DNA of 64,000 bases from the NCBI GenBank assembly GCA_964016885.1, contig OZ024741.1, positions 228,036,001 through 228,100,000 on the forward strand, in the 5' to 3' direction. The translations under genes were made by a program, and so were the position numbers. The notes beneath the pieces are model-generated. The model was not told the DNA's origin and did not search any database. It saw only the letters and a list, made by a program, of their open reading frames with translations. This document shows, piece after piece, positions 40,127 through 52,600 of the stretch (position 1 is the stretch's first letter; each line of letters opens with the position of its first letter). The stretch comes from Eledone cirrhosa (Eukaryota).

Positions 40127-40766
40127 GGCTCAAATATTCAAATATTCAACTTTGTATTGTACACTGTATATCCCAAAAAAAATGGCTATAAATGGAAGAA
40201 GAAGAACCCCCCCCCCTCCTCTCCTCTGGCTACACTATATAGGACAGCTAAACTCACCAACACCAGAAACTAGATACACCACCCACCCCATCATCTGTGT
40301 ACACTAAACACAACAGCATTTTCACCTTCACCGCCACCGCTCACTACGGCCATCATTACCACCACTATCCCATCACCACCGCCACCACCCCTTGACTCCT
40401 TCACTGCTGCTGCCACCGCTACAGCACCATCACTACAGTAATACGGCTCAAATATTCAAATATTCAACTTTGTATTGTACACTGTATATCCAAAAAAAAT
40501 AAAATGGCTATAAATGGAAGAAGAAGAACCCCCCCCCCCTCCTCTCCTCTGGCTACACTATATAGGACAGCGAAACTCACCAACACCAGAAACTAGATAC
40601 ACCACCCACCCCATCATCTGTGTACACTAAACACAACAGCATTTTCACCTTCACCGCCACCGCTCACTACGGCCATCATTACCACCACTATCCCATCACC
40701 GCCGCCACCACCCCTTGACTCCTTCACTGCTGCTGCCGCCGCTACAGCACCATCACTACAGTAATA
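40127..40766 (+). repeat. ~320-bp tandem duplication in the 5' UTR of Dong copy 1
   Basis: Units start GGCTCAAATATTCAAATATTC at 40127 and 40445; single-copy in Dong copies 2 and 4. Confidence 0.9.
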
Positions 40767-41342
40767 CAGTCGCATCACCGCCACCACTGCCTCGGTATCG
40801 ACATCACCACCACCACTGTCTCAGTATCGCCAACGCCGCCAGTCTCTGCTGGCTGCCACTTCCACATTATAGAATTCCTACTACTAACAAAGAGGAAGGC
40901 ATCAAAATATATAGATAGACTCAAAAGAAAAAAGAAAAAACAAACAACAAAAGCAGCACAGCAACAACAGCAAAAAACGAGAAAAACAAACAGAGAAAAA
41001 CAAAAACAAAAAAAGACACCCCAAAAACGTAAAGAAAATAAGAATGAAGAGAGAAGCAGGCGGACGGACAGAGAAGAGGGGGGAAAAAGTAAAACTTAAA
41101 AAACAAAAACTAAGTCAGACATTCGAATACTACATTACAATGAAACTTATGCTTATTCATTTTTGGGGCCCTTTCTGCCCGTGTGTTTGTTTGTTTATGT
41201 GTGTCCGTATACAGCGTGGTGATAATGCCACACAAGGGCCAAGTGGGATGGCGGATCCACAGATGGCTATGTAAACATACATTCGCCAATCCTCGATAAG
41301 AGTGTTTAAATATCGAACATAAACAGTTCGAATAACGGTGAA

Positions 41343-44300
41343 ATGGAGACTAGAACGTCATGTGACAGACTCTCACCCAACAGGTGCCCCCTGGCTCAGC
41401 AGCAGGAACCTGACTGTCAACCAAATACTGCTGATGTTGGAGGAAGAAGAAGAAGGAAAGGGGCCAGAACCAACTGGACGAAAGAATTGAATAGAACTGT
41501 TATGCAATGCTACCTGAAAAGTAACCCCAAGGAGAGGGGCTACAGGAGACGGATGCATAACATCTGGAACGAGATTGGTTTATTTAAATTAGATGAACAA
41601 AAATTGGCCGGGCAGGCTCGGGTAATAAGAACTAATGGGTGGATAAGCGAGCTGGAACTGGAGGAACTGAGCAGAGAGAATGGCTTGGAGATGGCGGGTG
41701 TAGTATGCCAGACAAGCGAGCCGGCGGGAAATGAAGGTGAGGAGGTCCTGAGAACGGAGGAACCACCCGAAGCAGACAATGATCTGAATACTGAGATAAA
41801 TAATACCTGGAACAGAGATACGGCCACTGAGGAGATGAATGCTGACGGGCTAGGACAAGATTCGGTTGACATCCTAAATTTAGTGGTAGATGAGTTGAAC
41901 AATGATAGTGGGAGACCTATGAACCTAAGATTTGTAGACAGGAAAAAGTTAAAAGAAACAACAGCTAAGGTAAACAAAGTCATCCCATACCTTGAGGCGA
42001 GGAGTCTTCACCAGTGCAACAATATCCTCAAAGCAACAGCAAATACGGTGAGGAAACTACTTGGTATAAAAGCGAGAGGAAACAACAGACAAGAAAGAGC
42101 AGAGCCGTGGTGGAAGAAGCGACTGAGTGGGCAAATCGAGGAAATGAGAAATGACATAGGAAAGCTTGAGTCACTACTGAATGGGACACTAAAAAACATA
42201 GGCACTAAAAATAGACTGGAAATAAAATACAAAACTAGGAGTAAAAAGCTAAATATTATCATAGAGGAATTGAAGCAACGCATTGTAGCAAAGAGTGCCA
42301 AAATCAGGCGATACGAGAACAGAGTCAGTCAGTATAAACAGAACCGCATGTTCGACAACAACCAGAATATGCTGTTTGGACAGCTTGAGGGGAAAGAAAG
42401 AGGCAACGACTTGATCCCTGGGGCGGAACAAGCTAAAACATTCTGGAGAGGAATATGGGAGCAGGATGTTAGACACAATGCCCAGGCAGGGTGGATTGAG
42501 ACAGTACAGAGGGAGATCGGTGAGCAGGCACAGCAACAGACTGATTTGAGTATCACAGTTGAAACTCTTAAGGGGCAAGCCAAAAAACTAACCAACTGGA
42601 AATCACCAGGCCCAGATGGTGTGCAGGGGTATTGGATTAAACATTTAACATCCCTCCACCCGAAGCTGACGGCCATGTTCAATGACTGCTTGGTGTCGGG
42701 TGAGGTGCCAGAGTGGTTGACAAAAGGTACCACAGTTCTGATAATGAAAGACCGAATCAAGGGTAATGATGTTACCAACTATAGACCTATCACATGTCTG
42801 CCCGTAATGTGGAAACTGTTGACGAGCATTGTGTCTGAGGAAATCTACCATCACCTCCACACAAACAACTTGTTGCCGGACGAACAGAAAGGATGCCGAA
42901 AGAAGTCACGTGGTACAAAGGACCAGTTGCTTATTGATAAGATGGTAATGGGGAATTGCAGGAGGAGACACACTGATCTTGCCATGGGGTGGATAGACTA
43001 CAGAAAGGCATTTGACATGGTGCCTCATTCCTGGATCACCAAAAGCCTGGAGATCTTCAGGGTGGCAGATAACAGCAGACAGTTGCTGGGCAGGAGTATG
43101 GGGTCCTGGGAGACAGAGTTGACATCAACTGGAGTATCCTTGGGAAGCGTGAAGATCAAGAGAGGTATCTTCCAGGGAGATAGCCTGTCCCCTCTGTTGT
43201 TTGTCCTTGCCCTGATGCCCTTGACCATTATGCTGCGAAAAGTGAGAGCAGGATACAAGTTGGGAAGGGGAGAGCTTACCATCAATCACCTCCTCTTCAT
43301 GGACGATCTTAAGCTCTTCGGGAAAAGTGAGAAGGAGTTGGATGTGCTTGTTGACACTGTCCGTATTTTCAGCAGTGATATATGTATGCAGTTTGGTATT
43401 GGTAAATGTGGAGTCATTGTGATGAGGAGGGGTAGGTTGAGCAGAAGTAACGGGATCCAGATACCAACAGGTGAGATTATAAAGGAAATTGACTCTGAGG
43501 AAGGATACAAGTATTTGGGCGTTCTGGAGGCTGATGGCATAAAGAACAAAAAAATGAAGGAATTGTTAAGAACTGAATACATTCGGAGAGTAAGGAGCGT
43601 ATTGAAGTCACATCTGAACAGCAGAAATGCCATAAGCGCAGTAAATTCCCGAGCTGTGTCTATTATTAGGTACAGTGCGGGAATTCTGAGATGGAATGTT
43701 GCTGAACAAAAAGAAATGGATAGGAAGACTAGGAAGCTATTGACTATCTACAATATGTTCCACAAGAGGAGTGATGTCGATAGACTCTACCTAAGGAGAT
43801 CTGAGGGTGGAAGAGGTCTTATCAGCATAGAGGACTGTGTTCAGATGGAGAAAAACAACCTATACAAATACGTGACCTATAGTAAGGAGCCAATGCTCAA
43901 AACTGTACTGAAGGAGGGGACAGTAGGCCAGGGGATATCCAAGGAGGAAATAACATCAAGGAGGAAGAGCAGCCTTAAGGAAAAATCCCTTCATAGTACC
44001 TTCTTTGAGAAAACTGAATTTAGAGATCCACAGACATGGAACTGGTTGAGAAGAGGAGACCTCAAAAAGGCTACAGAAGGAATGCTAATGGCTGCGCAGG
44101 AGCAGGCCCTCAAAACGAAGTGGTTGAAGCACCATATCTACAAGGAGGAGGCTAGCCCACTGTGCAGGATCTGTGGAGAGAGAGAGGAGACTGTGGCTCA
44201 CATTGTGTCCGAGTGTAAACACCTAGCCCAGACCCACTATAAGGGCTGGAGACACGATGTGATGGGCAGGGTGATCCACTGGCACCTGTGCAAAGTAAAC

Positions 44301-44735
44301 AATCTACCACATTCTGAGAAATGGTATGAGCATAGGCCAGAGGCGGTGATGGAGAACAGTCAGGTGAAGGTGCTGTGGGATTTTAGGATACAGACGGACA
44401 AAAAACTGGAACACAATAGACCTGACCTGGTGGTTGTGGACAAAGAAAAAAGATCGTGCCTGATTGTGGATGTGGCCTGCCCGTTCGACACGAGAGTGCA
44501 AGAGAAGGAGAGGGAGAAAATTAACCGATACCAGGACCTAAAGTGGGAGGTGAAAAGGATTTGGAACTGCCATGAAGTCAAAGTGATCCCGATTGTCATA
44601 GGCGCACTGGGGACTATCTCCAAAGGTTTCCAGGGATGGTTAAAGAAAATCGGCCCCTTCACGCTTTTTGGAACGCTTCAAAAGGCATGCTTGCTTGGAA
44701 CGGCAAGAACCCTCCGATACGTCCTGAATATCTGA
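41343..44735 (+). CDS. R4/Dong polyprotein, 1130 aa: RT + CCHC + PD-(D/E)xK restriction-like endonuclease
   Basis: NWKSPGPDG, NYRPITCL, DYRKAFD, GIFQGDSLSP, FMDD, CRICGEREETVAHIVSEC, RHD, RPDLVV..IVDVACP..EK..RY. Confidence 0.95.
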   Translation: METRTSCDRLSPNRCPLAQQQEPDCQPNTADVGGRRRRKGARTNWTKELNRTVMQCYLKSNPKERGYRRRMHNIWNEIGLFKLDEQKLAGQARVIRTNGWISELELEELSRENGLEMAGVVCQTSEPAGNEGEEVLRTEEPPEADNDLNTEINNTWNRDTATEEMNADGLGQDSVDILNLVVDELNNDSGRPMNLRFVDRKKLKETTAKVNKVIPYLEARSLHQCNNILKATANTVRKLLGIKARGNNRQERAEPWWKKRLSGQIEEMRNDIGKLESLLNGTLKNIGTKNRLEIKYKTRSKKLNIIIEELKQRIVAKSAKIRRYENRVSQYKQNRMFDNNQNMLFGQLEGKERGNDLIPGAEQAKTFWRGIWEQDVRHNAQAGWIETVQREIGEQAQQQTDLSITVETLKGQAKKLTNWKSPGPDGVQGYWIKHLTSLHPKLTAMFNDCLVSGEVPEWLTKGTTVLIMKDRIKGNDVTNYRPITCLPVMWKLLTSIVSEEIYHHLHTNNLLPDEQKGCRKKSRGTKDQLLIDKMVMGNCRRRHTDLAMGWIDYRKAFDMVPHSWITKSLEIFRVADNSRQLLGRSMGSWETELTSTGVSLGSVKIKRGIFQGDSLSPLLFVLALMPLTIMLRKVRAGYKLGRGELTINHLLFMDDLKLFGKSEKELDVLVDTVRIFSSDICMQFGIGKCGVIVMRRGRLSRSNGIQIPTGEIIKEIDSEEGYKYLGVLEADGIKNKKMKELLRTEYIRRVRSVLKSHLNSRNAISAVNSRAVSIIRYSAGILRWNVAEQKEMDRKTRKLLTIYNMFHKRSDVDRLYLRRSEGGRGLISIEDCVQMEKNNLYKYVTYSKEPMLKTVLKEGTVGQGISKEEITSRRKSSLKEKSLHSTFFEKTEFRDPQTWNWLRRGDLKKATEGMLMAAQEQALKTKWLKHHIYKEEASPLCRICGEREETVAHIVSECKHLAQTHYKGWRHDVMGRVIHWHLCKVNNLPHSEKWYEHRPEAVMENSQVKVLWDFRIQTDKKLEHNRPDLVVVDKEKRSCLIVDVACPFDTRVQEKEREKINRYQDLKWEVKRIWNCHEVKVIPIVIGALGTISKGFQGWLKKIGPFTLFGTLQKACLLGTARTLRYVLNI

Positions 44736-44838
44736 GGCTGCAGGTAGTGGCTTGATATTCAATCCAACGGACTTTCCAGTTAACCAACATCAATGACTGA
44801 GATTCAAGGAATAACAATAACAATAATAATAATAATAA

Positions 44839-44980
44839 TGGAACGCTTCAAAAGGCATGCTTGCTTGGAACAGCAAGAACCCTCCGATACGTCCTGAATA
44901 TCTGAGGCTGCAGGTAGTGGCTTGATATTCAATCCAACGGACTTTCCAGTTAACCAACATCAATGACTGAGATTCAAGGA
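44839..44980 (+). mobile_element. 142-bp 3' stub of the Dong copy-1 type
   Basis: Repeats 44669-44810 with one substitution and has its own (TAA)n tail. Confidence 0.9.
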
Positions 44981-44991
44981 ATAACAATAAC

Positions 44992-45055
<64 letters not shown>

Positions 45056-45063
45056 GTAATAAA

Positions 45064-48000
45064 GGGAAGAAGACGCACGAGGTGACGGAGGTCATGAAAT
45101 CGCTCCCGTAAGTTTTGAATTTTTAACATATTTAAATCATGTGTGAAATAACAACTCTTAGTACAAATGCTACGTAAAGCACCCGGCTTGAGCCCCAAAA
45201 AATTCGGACCCAAAATATATTGTTATAAGGCTCAAATATTCAAATATTCAACTTTGTATTGTACACTGTATATCCAAAAAAGAAAATGGCTATAAATGGA
45301 AGAAGAACCCCCCCCCCCCCTCCTCTCCTCTGTCTACACTATATAGGACAGCCAAACTCACCAACACCACAAACTAGATACACCACCCACCCCATCATCT
45401 GTGTACACTAAACACAACAGCCAGATAACGGCATTTTCACCTTCACCACCACCGCTCACTACGGCCATCATTACCACCACTATCCCATCACCGCCGCCAC
45501 CACCCCTTCACTCCTTCACTGCTGCCACCGCTACAGCACCATCACTACAGTAATACGGTCACATTACCGCCACCACTGCCTCGGTATCGACATCACCACC
45601 ACCACTGTCTCAGTATCGCTACCGCCGCCAGTCTCCCACTTCTCCCTGCTGGCTGCTACTTCCACATTATAGAATTCCTACTACTAACAAAGAGGAAGGC
45701 ATCAAAATATATAGATAGACTCAAAAGAAAAAAGAAAAAACAAACAACAAAACCAAAGCAGCACAGCAACAACAGCAAAAACGAGAAAAACAAACAGAGA
45801 AAAACAAAAACAAAAAAAGAAACCCCAAAAACGTAAAGAAAATAAGAATGAAGAGAGAAGCAGGCGGACGGACAGAGAAGAGGGGGGAAAAACTAAAACT
45901 TAAAAAACAAAAACTAAGTCAGACATTCGAACACTACATTACAATGAAACTTATGCTTATTCATTTGTGGGGCCCTTTCTGCCTGTGTGTTTGTTTGTTT
46001 ATGTGTGTTCGTATACAGCGTGGTGATAATGCCACACAAGGGCCAAGTGGGATGGCGGATCCACAGATGGCTATGTAACCATACATTCGCCAATCCTCGA
46101 TAAGAGTGTTTAAGTATCGAACATAAACAGTTCGAATAACGGTGAAATGGAGACTAGAACGTCATGTGACAGACTCTCACCCAACAGGTGCCCCCTGGCT
46201 CAGCAGCAGGAACCTGACTGTCAACCAAATACTGCTGATGTTGGAGGAAGAAGAAGAAGGAAAGGGGCCAGAACCAACTGGACGAAAGAATTGAATAGAA
46301 CTGTTATGCAATGCTACCTGAAAAGTAACCCCAAGGAGAGGGGCTACAGGAGACGGATGCATAACATCTGGAACGAGATTGGTTTATTTAAATTAGATGA
46401 ACAAAAATTGGCCGGGCAGGCTCGGGTAATAAGAACTAACGGGTGGATAAGTGAGCTGGAACTGGAGGAACTGAGCAGAGAGAATGGCTTGGAGATGGCG
46501 GATGTAGTATGCCAGACAAGCGAGCCAGTGGGAAATGAAGGTGAAGAGGTCCTGAGAACGGAGGAACCACCCGAAGCAGACAATGATCTGAATACTGAGA
46601 TAAATAATACCTGGAACAGAGATACGGCCACTGAGGAGATGAATGCTGACGGGCTAGGACAAGATTCGGTTGACATCCTAAATTTAGTGGTAGATGAATT
46701 GAACAATGATAGTGGGAGACCTATGAACCTAAGATTTGTAGACAGGAAAAAGTTAAAAGAAACAACAGCTAAGGTAAACAAAGTCATCCCATACCTTGAG
46801 GCGAGGAGCCTTCACCAGTGCAACAATATCCTCAAAGCAACAGCAAATACGGTGAGGAAACTACTTGGTATAAAAGCGAGAGGAAACAACAGACAAGAAA
46901 GAGCAGAGCCGTGGTGGAAGAAGCGACTGAGTGGGCAAATCGGGGAAATGAGAAATGACATAGGAAAGCTTGAGTCACTACTGAATGGGACACTAACAAA
47001 GATAGGCACTAAAAATAGACTGGAAATAAAATACAAAACTAGGAGTAAAAAGCTAAATATTATCATAGAGGAATTGAAGCAACGCATTGTAGCAAAGAGT
47101 GCAAAAATCAGGCGATACGAGAACAGAGTCAGTCAGTATAAACAGAACCGCATGTTCGACAACAACCAGAAGATGCTGTTTGGACAGCTTGAGGGGAAAG
47201 AAAGAGGCAACGACTTGATCCCTGGGGCGGAACAAACTAAAACATTCTGGAGAGGAATATGGGAGCAGGATGTTAGACATAATGCCCAGGCAGGGTGGAT
47301 TGAGACAGTACAGAGGGAGATCGGTGAGCAGGCACAACAACAAACTGATTTGAGTATCACAGTTGAAACTCTTAAGGGGCAGGCCAAAAAACTAACCAAC
47401 TGGAAATCACCAGGCCCAGATGGTGTGCAGGGGTATTGGATTAAACATTTAACATCCCTCCACCCGAAGCTGACGGCCACGTTCAATGACTGCTTGGTGT
47501 CGGGTGAGGTGCCAGAGTGGTTGACAAAAGGTACCACAGTTCTGATAATGAAAGACCGAATCAAGGGTAATGATGTTACCAACTATAGACCTATCACATG
47601 TCTGTCCGTAATGTGGAAACTGTTGACGAGCATTGTGTCTGAGGAAATCTACCTTCACCTCCACACAAACAACTTGTTACCGGACGAACAGAAAGGATGC
47701 CGAAAGAAGTCACGTGGTACAAAGGACCAGTTACTTATTGATAAGATAGTAATGGGGAATTGCAGGAGGAGACACACTGATCTTGCCATGGGATGGATAG
47801 ACTACAGAAAGGCATTTGACATGGTGCCTCATTCTTGGATCACCAAAAGCCTGGAGATCTTCAGGGTGGCAGATAACATCAGGCAGCTGCTGGGCAGGAG
47901 TATGGGGTCCTGGGAGACAGAGTTGACATCAACTGGAGTATCCTTGGGAAGCGTGAAGATCAAGAGAGGTATCTTCCAGGGAGATAGCCTGTCCCCTCTG

Positions 48001-49608
48001 TTGTTTGTCCTTGCCCTAATGCCCTTGACCATTATGCTGCGAAAAGTGAGAGCAGGATACAAGTTGGGAAGGGGAGAGCTTACCATCAATCACCTCCTCT
48101 TCATGGACGATCTTAAGCTCTTCGGGAAAAGTGAGAAGGAGTTGGATGTGCTTGTTGACACTGTCCGTATTTTCAGCAGTGATATATGTATGCAGTTTGG
48201 TATTGGTAAATGTGGAGTCATTGTGATGAGGAGGGGTAGGTTGAGCAGAAGTAGCGGGATCCAGATACCAACAGGTGAGATGATAAAGCAAATTGACTCT
48301 GAGGAAGGATACAAGTATTTGGGCGTTCTGGAGGCTGATGGCATAAAGAACAAAAAAATGAAGGAATTGTTAAGAACTGAATACATTCGGAGAGTAAGGA
48401 GCGTATTGAAGTCACATCTGAACAGCAGAAATGCCATAAGCGCAGTAAATTCCCGAGCTGTGTCTATTATTAGGTACAGTGCGGGAATTCTGAGATGGAA
48501 TGTTGCTGAACAAAAAGAAATGGATAGGAAGACTAGGAAGCTATTGACTATCTACAACATGTTCCACAAGAGGAGTGATGTCGATAGACTCTACCTAAGG
48601 AGATCTGAGGGTGGAAGAGGTCTTATCAGCATAGAGGACTGTGTTCAGATGGAGAAAAACAACCTATACAAATACGTGACCTATAGTAAGGAGCCAATGC
48701 TCAAAACTGTACTGAAGGAGGGGACAGTAGGCCAGGGGATGTCCAAGGAGGAAATAAAATCAAGGAGGAAGAGCAGCCTTAAGGGAAAATCCCTTCATAG
48801 TACCTTCTTTGAGAAAACTGAATTTAGAGATCCACAGACATGGAACTGGTTGAGAAGAGGAGACCTCAAAAAGGCTACAGAAGGAATGATAATGGCTGCG
48901 CAGGAGCAGGCCCTCAAAACGAAGTGGTTGAAGCACCATATTTACAAGGAGGAGGCTAGCCCACTGTGCAGGATCTGTGGAGAGAGAGAGGAGACTGTGG
49001 CTCACATTGTGTCCGAGTGTAAACACCTAGCCCAGACCCACTATAAGGGCTGGAGACACGATGTGATGGGCAGGGTGATCCACCGGCACCTATGCAAAGT
49101 AAACAGTTTACCACATTCTGAGAAGTGGTATGGCCAGAGTCGGTGATAGAAAACGATCAGGTGAAGGTGCTGTGGGATTTTAGGATGCAGACGAACAAGA
49201 AACTGGAACACAATAGACCTGACCTGGTGGTTTTGGACAAGGAAAAAAGATCGTGCCTGATTGTGGATGTGGCCTGCCCATTCGACACGAGAGTGCAAGA
49301 GAAGGAGAGGAGAAAATTAACCGATACCAGGACTTAAAGTGGGAGGTAAAAAGGATTTGGAACTGCCATGAAGTCAAAGTGGTCCCGATTGTCATAGGCG
49401 CATTAGATACTATCTCAAACATTTTCCAGGGATGGTTAAAGAAAATTGGCCCCACCACGCTTTTTGGAACGCTTCAAAAGGCATGCTTGCTGGGAACAGC
49501 AAGAACCCTCCGATACGTCCTGAATATCTGAGGCTGCAGGTAGTGGCTTGATATTCATTTCAACAAATTTTCCAGTTAACTAACATCAATGACTGAGACT
49601 CAAAGAAC
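45064..49608 (+). mobile_element. R4/Dong copy 2, full length with frameshifted endonuclease
   Basis: ORF 46147-49146 is nearly identical to copy 1 until a 7-bp deletion near 49131 and a 1-bp deletion near 49310. Confidence 0.92.
46147..49531 (+). pseudogene. Dong polyprotein, RT intact, RLE disrupted
   Basis: Three frames (999, 70 and 92 aa) tile the copy-1 protein. Confidence 0.9.
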
Positions 49609-49619
49609 AATAATAATAA

Positions 49620-52600
49620 GTTTGATAGAGTGTTATGGAATCGCTCCCGTAAGTTTTTGATTTTTTTACATATTTAAAACAATTGTGATAGAATAATTCT
49701 TATTACAAATGGGACATAAGGCACCAGTCAAAATTCTCAGGAAGTGACAACACATAACACTCTGGCATATGGCTCAAATATTTAATTTTGTATCAGAAAT
49801 TTTATAGTAAAAAAAAAGATGGTTACAAATGGTCACAAATGGAAGAAAACAACAGCGAAATCAGTTCAACACCAACACCACCACCGCCTCCGCCACCACC
49901 ACCACTACCACAAACTTTAGCTAGAGACAAACCAACAGCAGCAACAACACCATCACTACAGTACTCCTACCCCATCTCCACCATCACCACTCCATCATTG
50001 CTACCACCACTATTCCCTCACTACCTCCTGGAGAGGGAAGGTAGTAGTAGTGCCTAGAAAGAGGATAGCTACCAAAAGATATAAATAGACTGATTTAGTG
50101 ACCCGGTCAAACATAGCCATAATAATAATTATTATTGTCGTTGTACCTCTAAACTCTCTCAAAATGTTTAGTTTAATCGATGTCAAATAATAATAATTGT
50201 ATCTACTTTTGGCACAAGCCCAGTAATTACCCAGTACATTACTGGTACTTTATTTTATCAACCCCGTAAGGATGAAAGGCAAAGTTAACCTCGGCTGGAT
50301 TTGAACTCAGATCATAAAGGGCCATAACTCTTTGCTGCAAAGCATGGCGTGCGACCTTTTACTGATACTGCCAATCCACCGATAAGCAACAAGTCAAAAA
50401 ATTACAGAACAAAACACAGACAAAAACAATCGCAACATCAAAAGAAAAACAAATTTCAAAAGTTTTGAACGCAACACCCCCTACCTCCCCCGTTGCTATG
50501 ACTACGAGCTTAGCGTAGTTAATATCAAAAACAGCAGCAGCAGCAACAATACTAGTAATCAATGTTACTGGCCTTGAAAAACAAAAAGAAAAAAAAGTCA
50601 GACATTCAAACATTACAATGAAAGTTATGTTTATTTTTTATGTTTTTATTTATTTCTTTGTTTATTTATTTATTTTCGTCTACAGCGTGATGGTGCCCCG
50701 CTAAAATCACCGGTGGTGATGAAATCACCGGTGGTTATGTAACTATACATTCACCAATCCTCGATATGAGTGTTTAAATGTCGAACCTAAACAGTTCGAA
50801 TAACGGTGAAAAGGAGACTGGAACTTCATGTGAAAGACTCTCACCCAGCAAGTGGACAAGAACCAACTGGACGAAAGAATTGAATAGAACTGTCATGGAA
50901 TGTTACCCGAAGAGTAACCCCATCGAAAAAGGCTATAGGAAACGGGTGTATAACATCTGGAACGAGATTGGTCTATTTAAATTAGATGGACAAAAATTGG
51001 TCGGACAGGCTCGGGTAATAAGAACTAATGGATGGATAAGCGAGCTGAAACTGGAGGAACTGAGCAGAGAGATTAAGTTGGAAATGGAGAGTGGAGTATG
51101 TCAGGAAAACGAGCCAGGGGGAAATGAAGGTGAAGAGGTTGAGAGACCTGAGGAAGCATCCGAAGCAGACAATGATCTGAATACTGAAATAAATAACATC
51201 TGGAACAAAGATACGGCGATTGTGGAAATGAATGCAAGATTTGGTTGATATCCTGAACTTAGTGGCAGATGAATTGAACAATGATAGTGGGAAACCTATG
51301 AACCTAAGATTTGTAGACAGGAAAAAGTTAAAAGAAACAACAGCTAAGGTAAACAAAGTCATCCCATACCTTGAGGCGAGGAACCTTGACATATGCAACA
51401 ATATCCTCAATGCAACAGCAAATGCGGTGAGGAAATTACGTGGCATAAAATCGAGAAGAAACAACAGACAAAAAAGGTCAGAAGCGTGGTGGAAGAAACG
51501 ACTGAATGGTCAAATCAAGTAAATGAGAAAAGACATTGGAAAGCTTGAGTCCTTACTGAATGGGACATTCCAAAACATAGACACTAAAGATAGATTGAAA
51601 ATAAAATACAAAACTAGGGGGAAAAAGCTAAATATTTTCATTGAGGAACTGAAGCAACGCATTGTAGCAAAGAGTGCAAAGATTAGGCGGTATGAGAACA
51701 GAATTAGTCAGTGTAGACAGAACCGCATGTTTGACAAAAACCAGAAGATGTTGTTTGGGCAGCTTGAAGGGAAAGAAAGAGGCAACGACTTGATCCCTGA
51801 GGCGGAACAGACTAAGACATTCTGGAGAGGAATATGGGAGCAGAATGTTGAACATAATAGTTAGGCAGTGTAAATTGAGACAGTTCAAAAGGAGATTAGT
51901 GAACAAGCACACTAGCAACCTTATTTGAGTATCACAGTTGAAACTCTTAAAGGGCAGGCCAAAAACTAACCAACTGGAAATCACCAGGCCCAGATGGTGT
52001 GCAAGGGTATTGAATTAAAAATATAACATCGCTCGACCCGAAACTGACAACCATGTTCAATGACTCACTCAGGTGAGGTTCTAGAGTGGTTGACAAAAGG
52101 TACCACAGTTCTGGTAATGAAAGACCGAATCAAGGGTAATGATGTTAGGCCTATCACATTTCTGTCCGTAATGTAGAAACTGTTAACAAGCATTGTGTCT
52201 GAGGAAATCTACCACCACCTCCACATAAACAATTTCTTACCGGACGAACAGAAAGGATGCCGAAAGAAGTCCCATGGTACAAAAGACCAGTTACTTATTG
52301 ATAAGATGGTAATGAGGAATTGCAAGAGGAGCCACACTCCTGGGATGGATAGATTACAAAAAGGCATTCGACAAGGTACCTCATTCTTAGATAACCAAAA
52401 GCCTAGAGATCTTCAAGGTGGCAGATAACATCAGACAGTTGTTGAGCAAAAGTATGAAGTACTGGGAAACAGAGTTAACATCAGGGGGAGAATACTTGAA
52501 AGGTATGAAGATCAAGAGAGGTATCTTCCAGGGAGATAGTTTGTCCCCTCTGCTGTTTGTCCTTACTCTGATACCCATGTCCGTTATATTGCGAAAAGTG

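Larger units (their letters stand above)
40028..44810 (+). mobile_element. R4/Dong-clade RLE non-LTR retrotransposon, copy 1 (intact ORF)
   Basis: Single ORF RT-CCHC-RLE; (TAA)n at both ends; ~1.3 kb 5' UTR. Confidence 0.92.

Noticed and set aside
45064-45115. Self-cleaving (HDV-like) ribozyme at the precise Dong 5' end
   Set aside because: Only a weak hairpin is visible; I could not fit the nested double pseudoknot by eye. A covariance-model search is needed.
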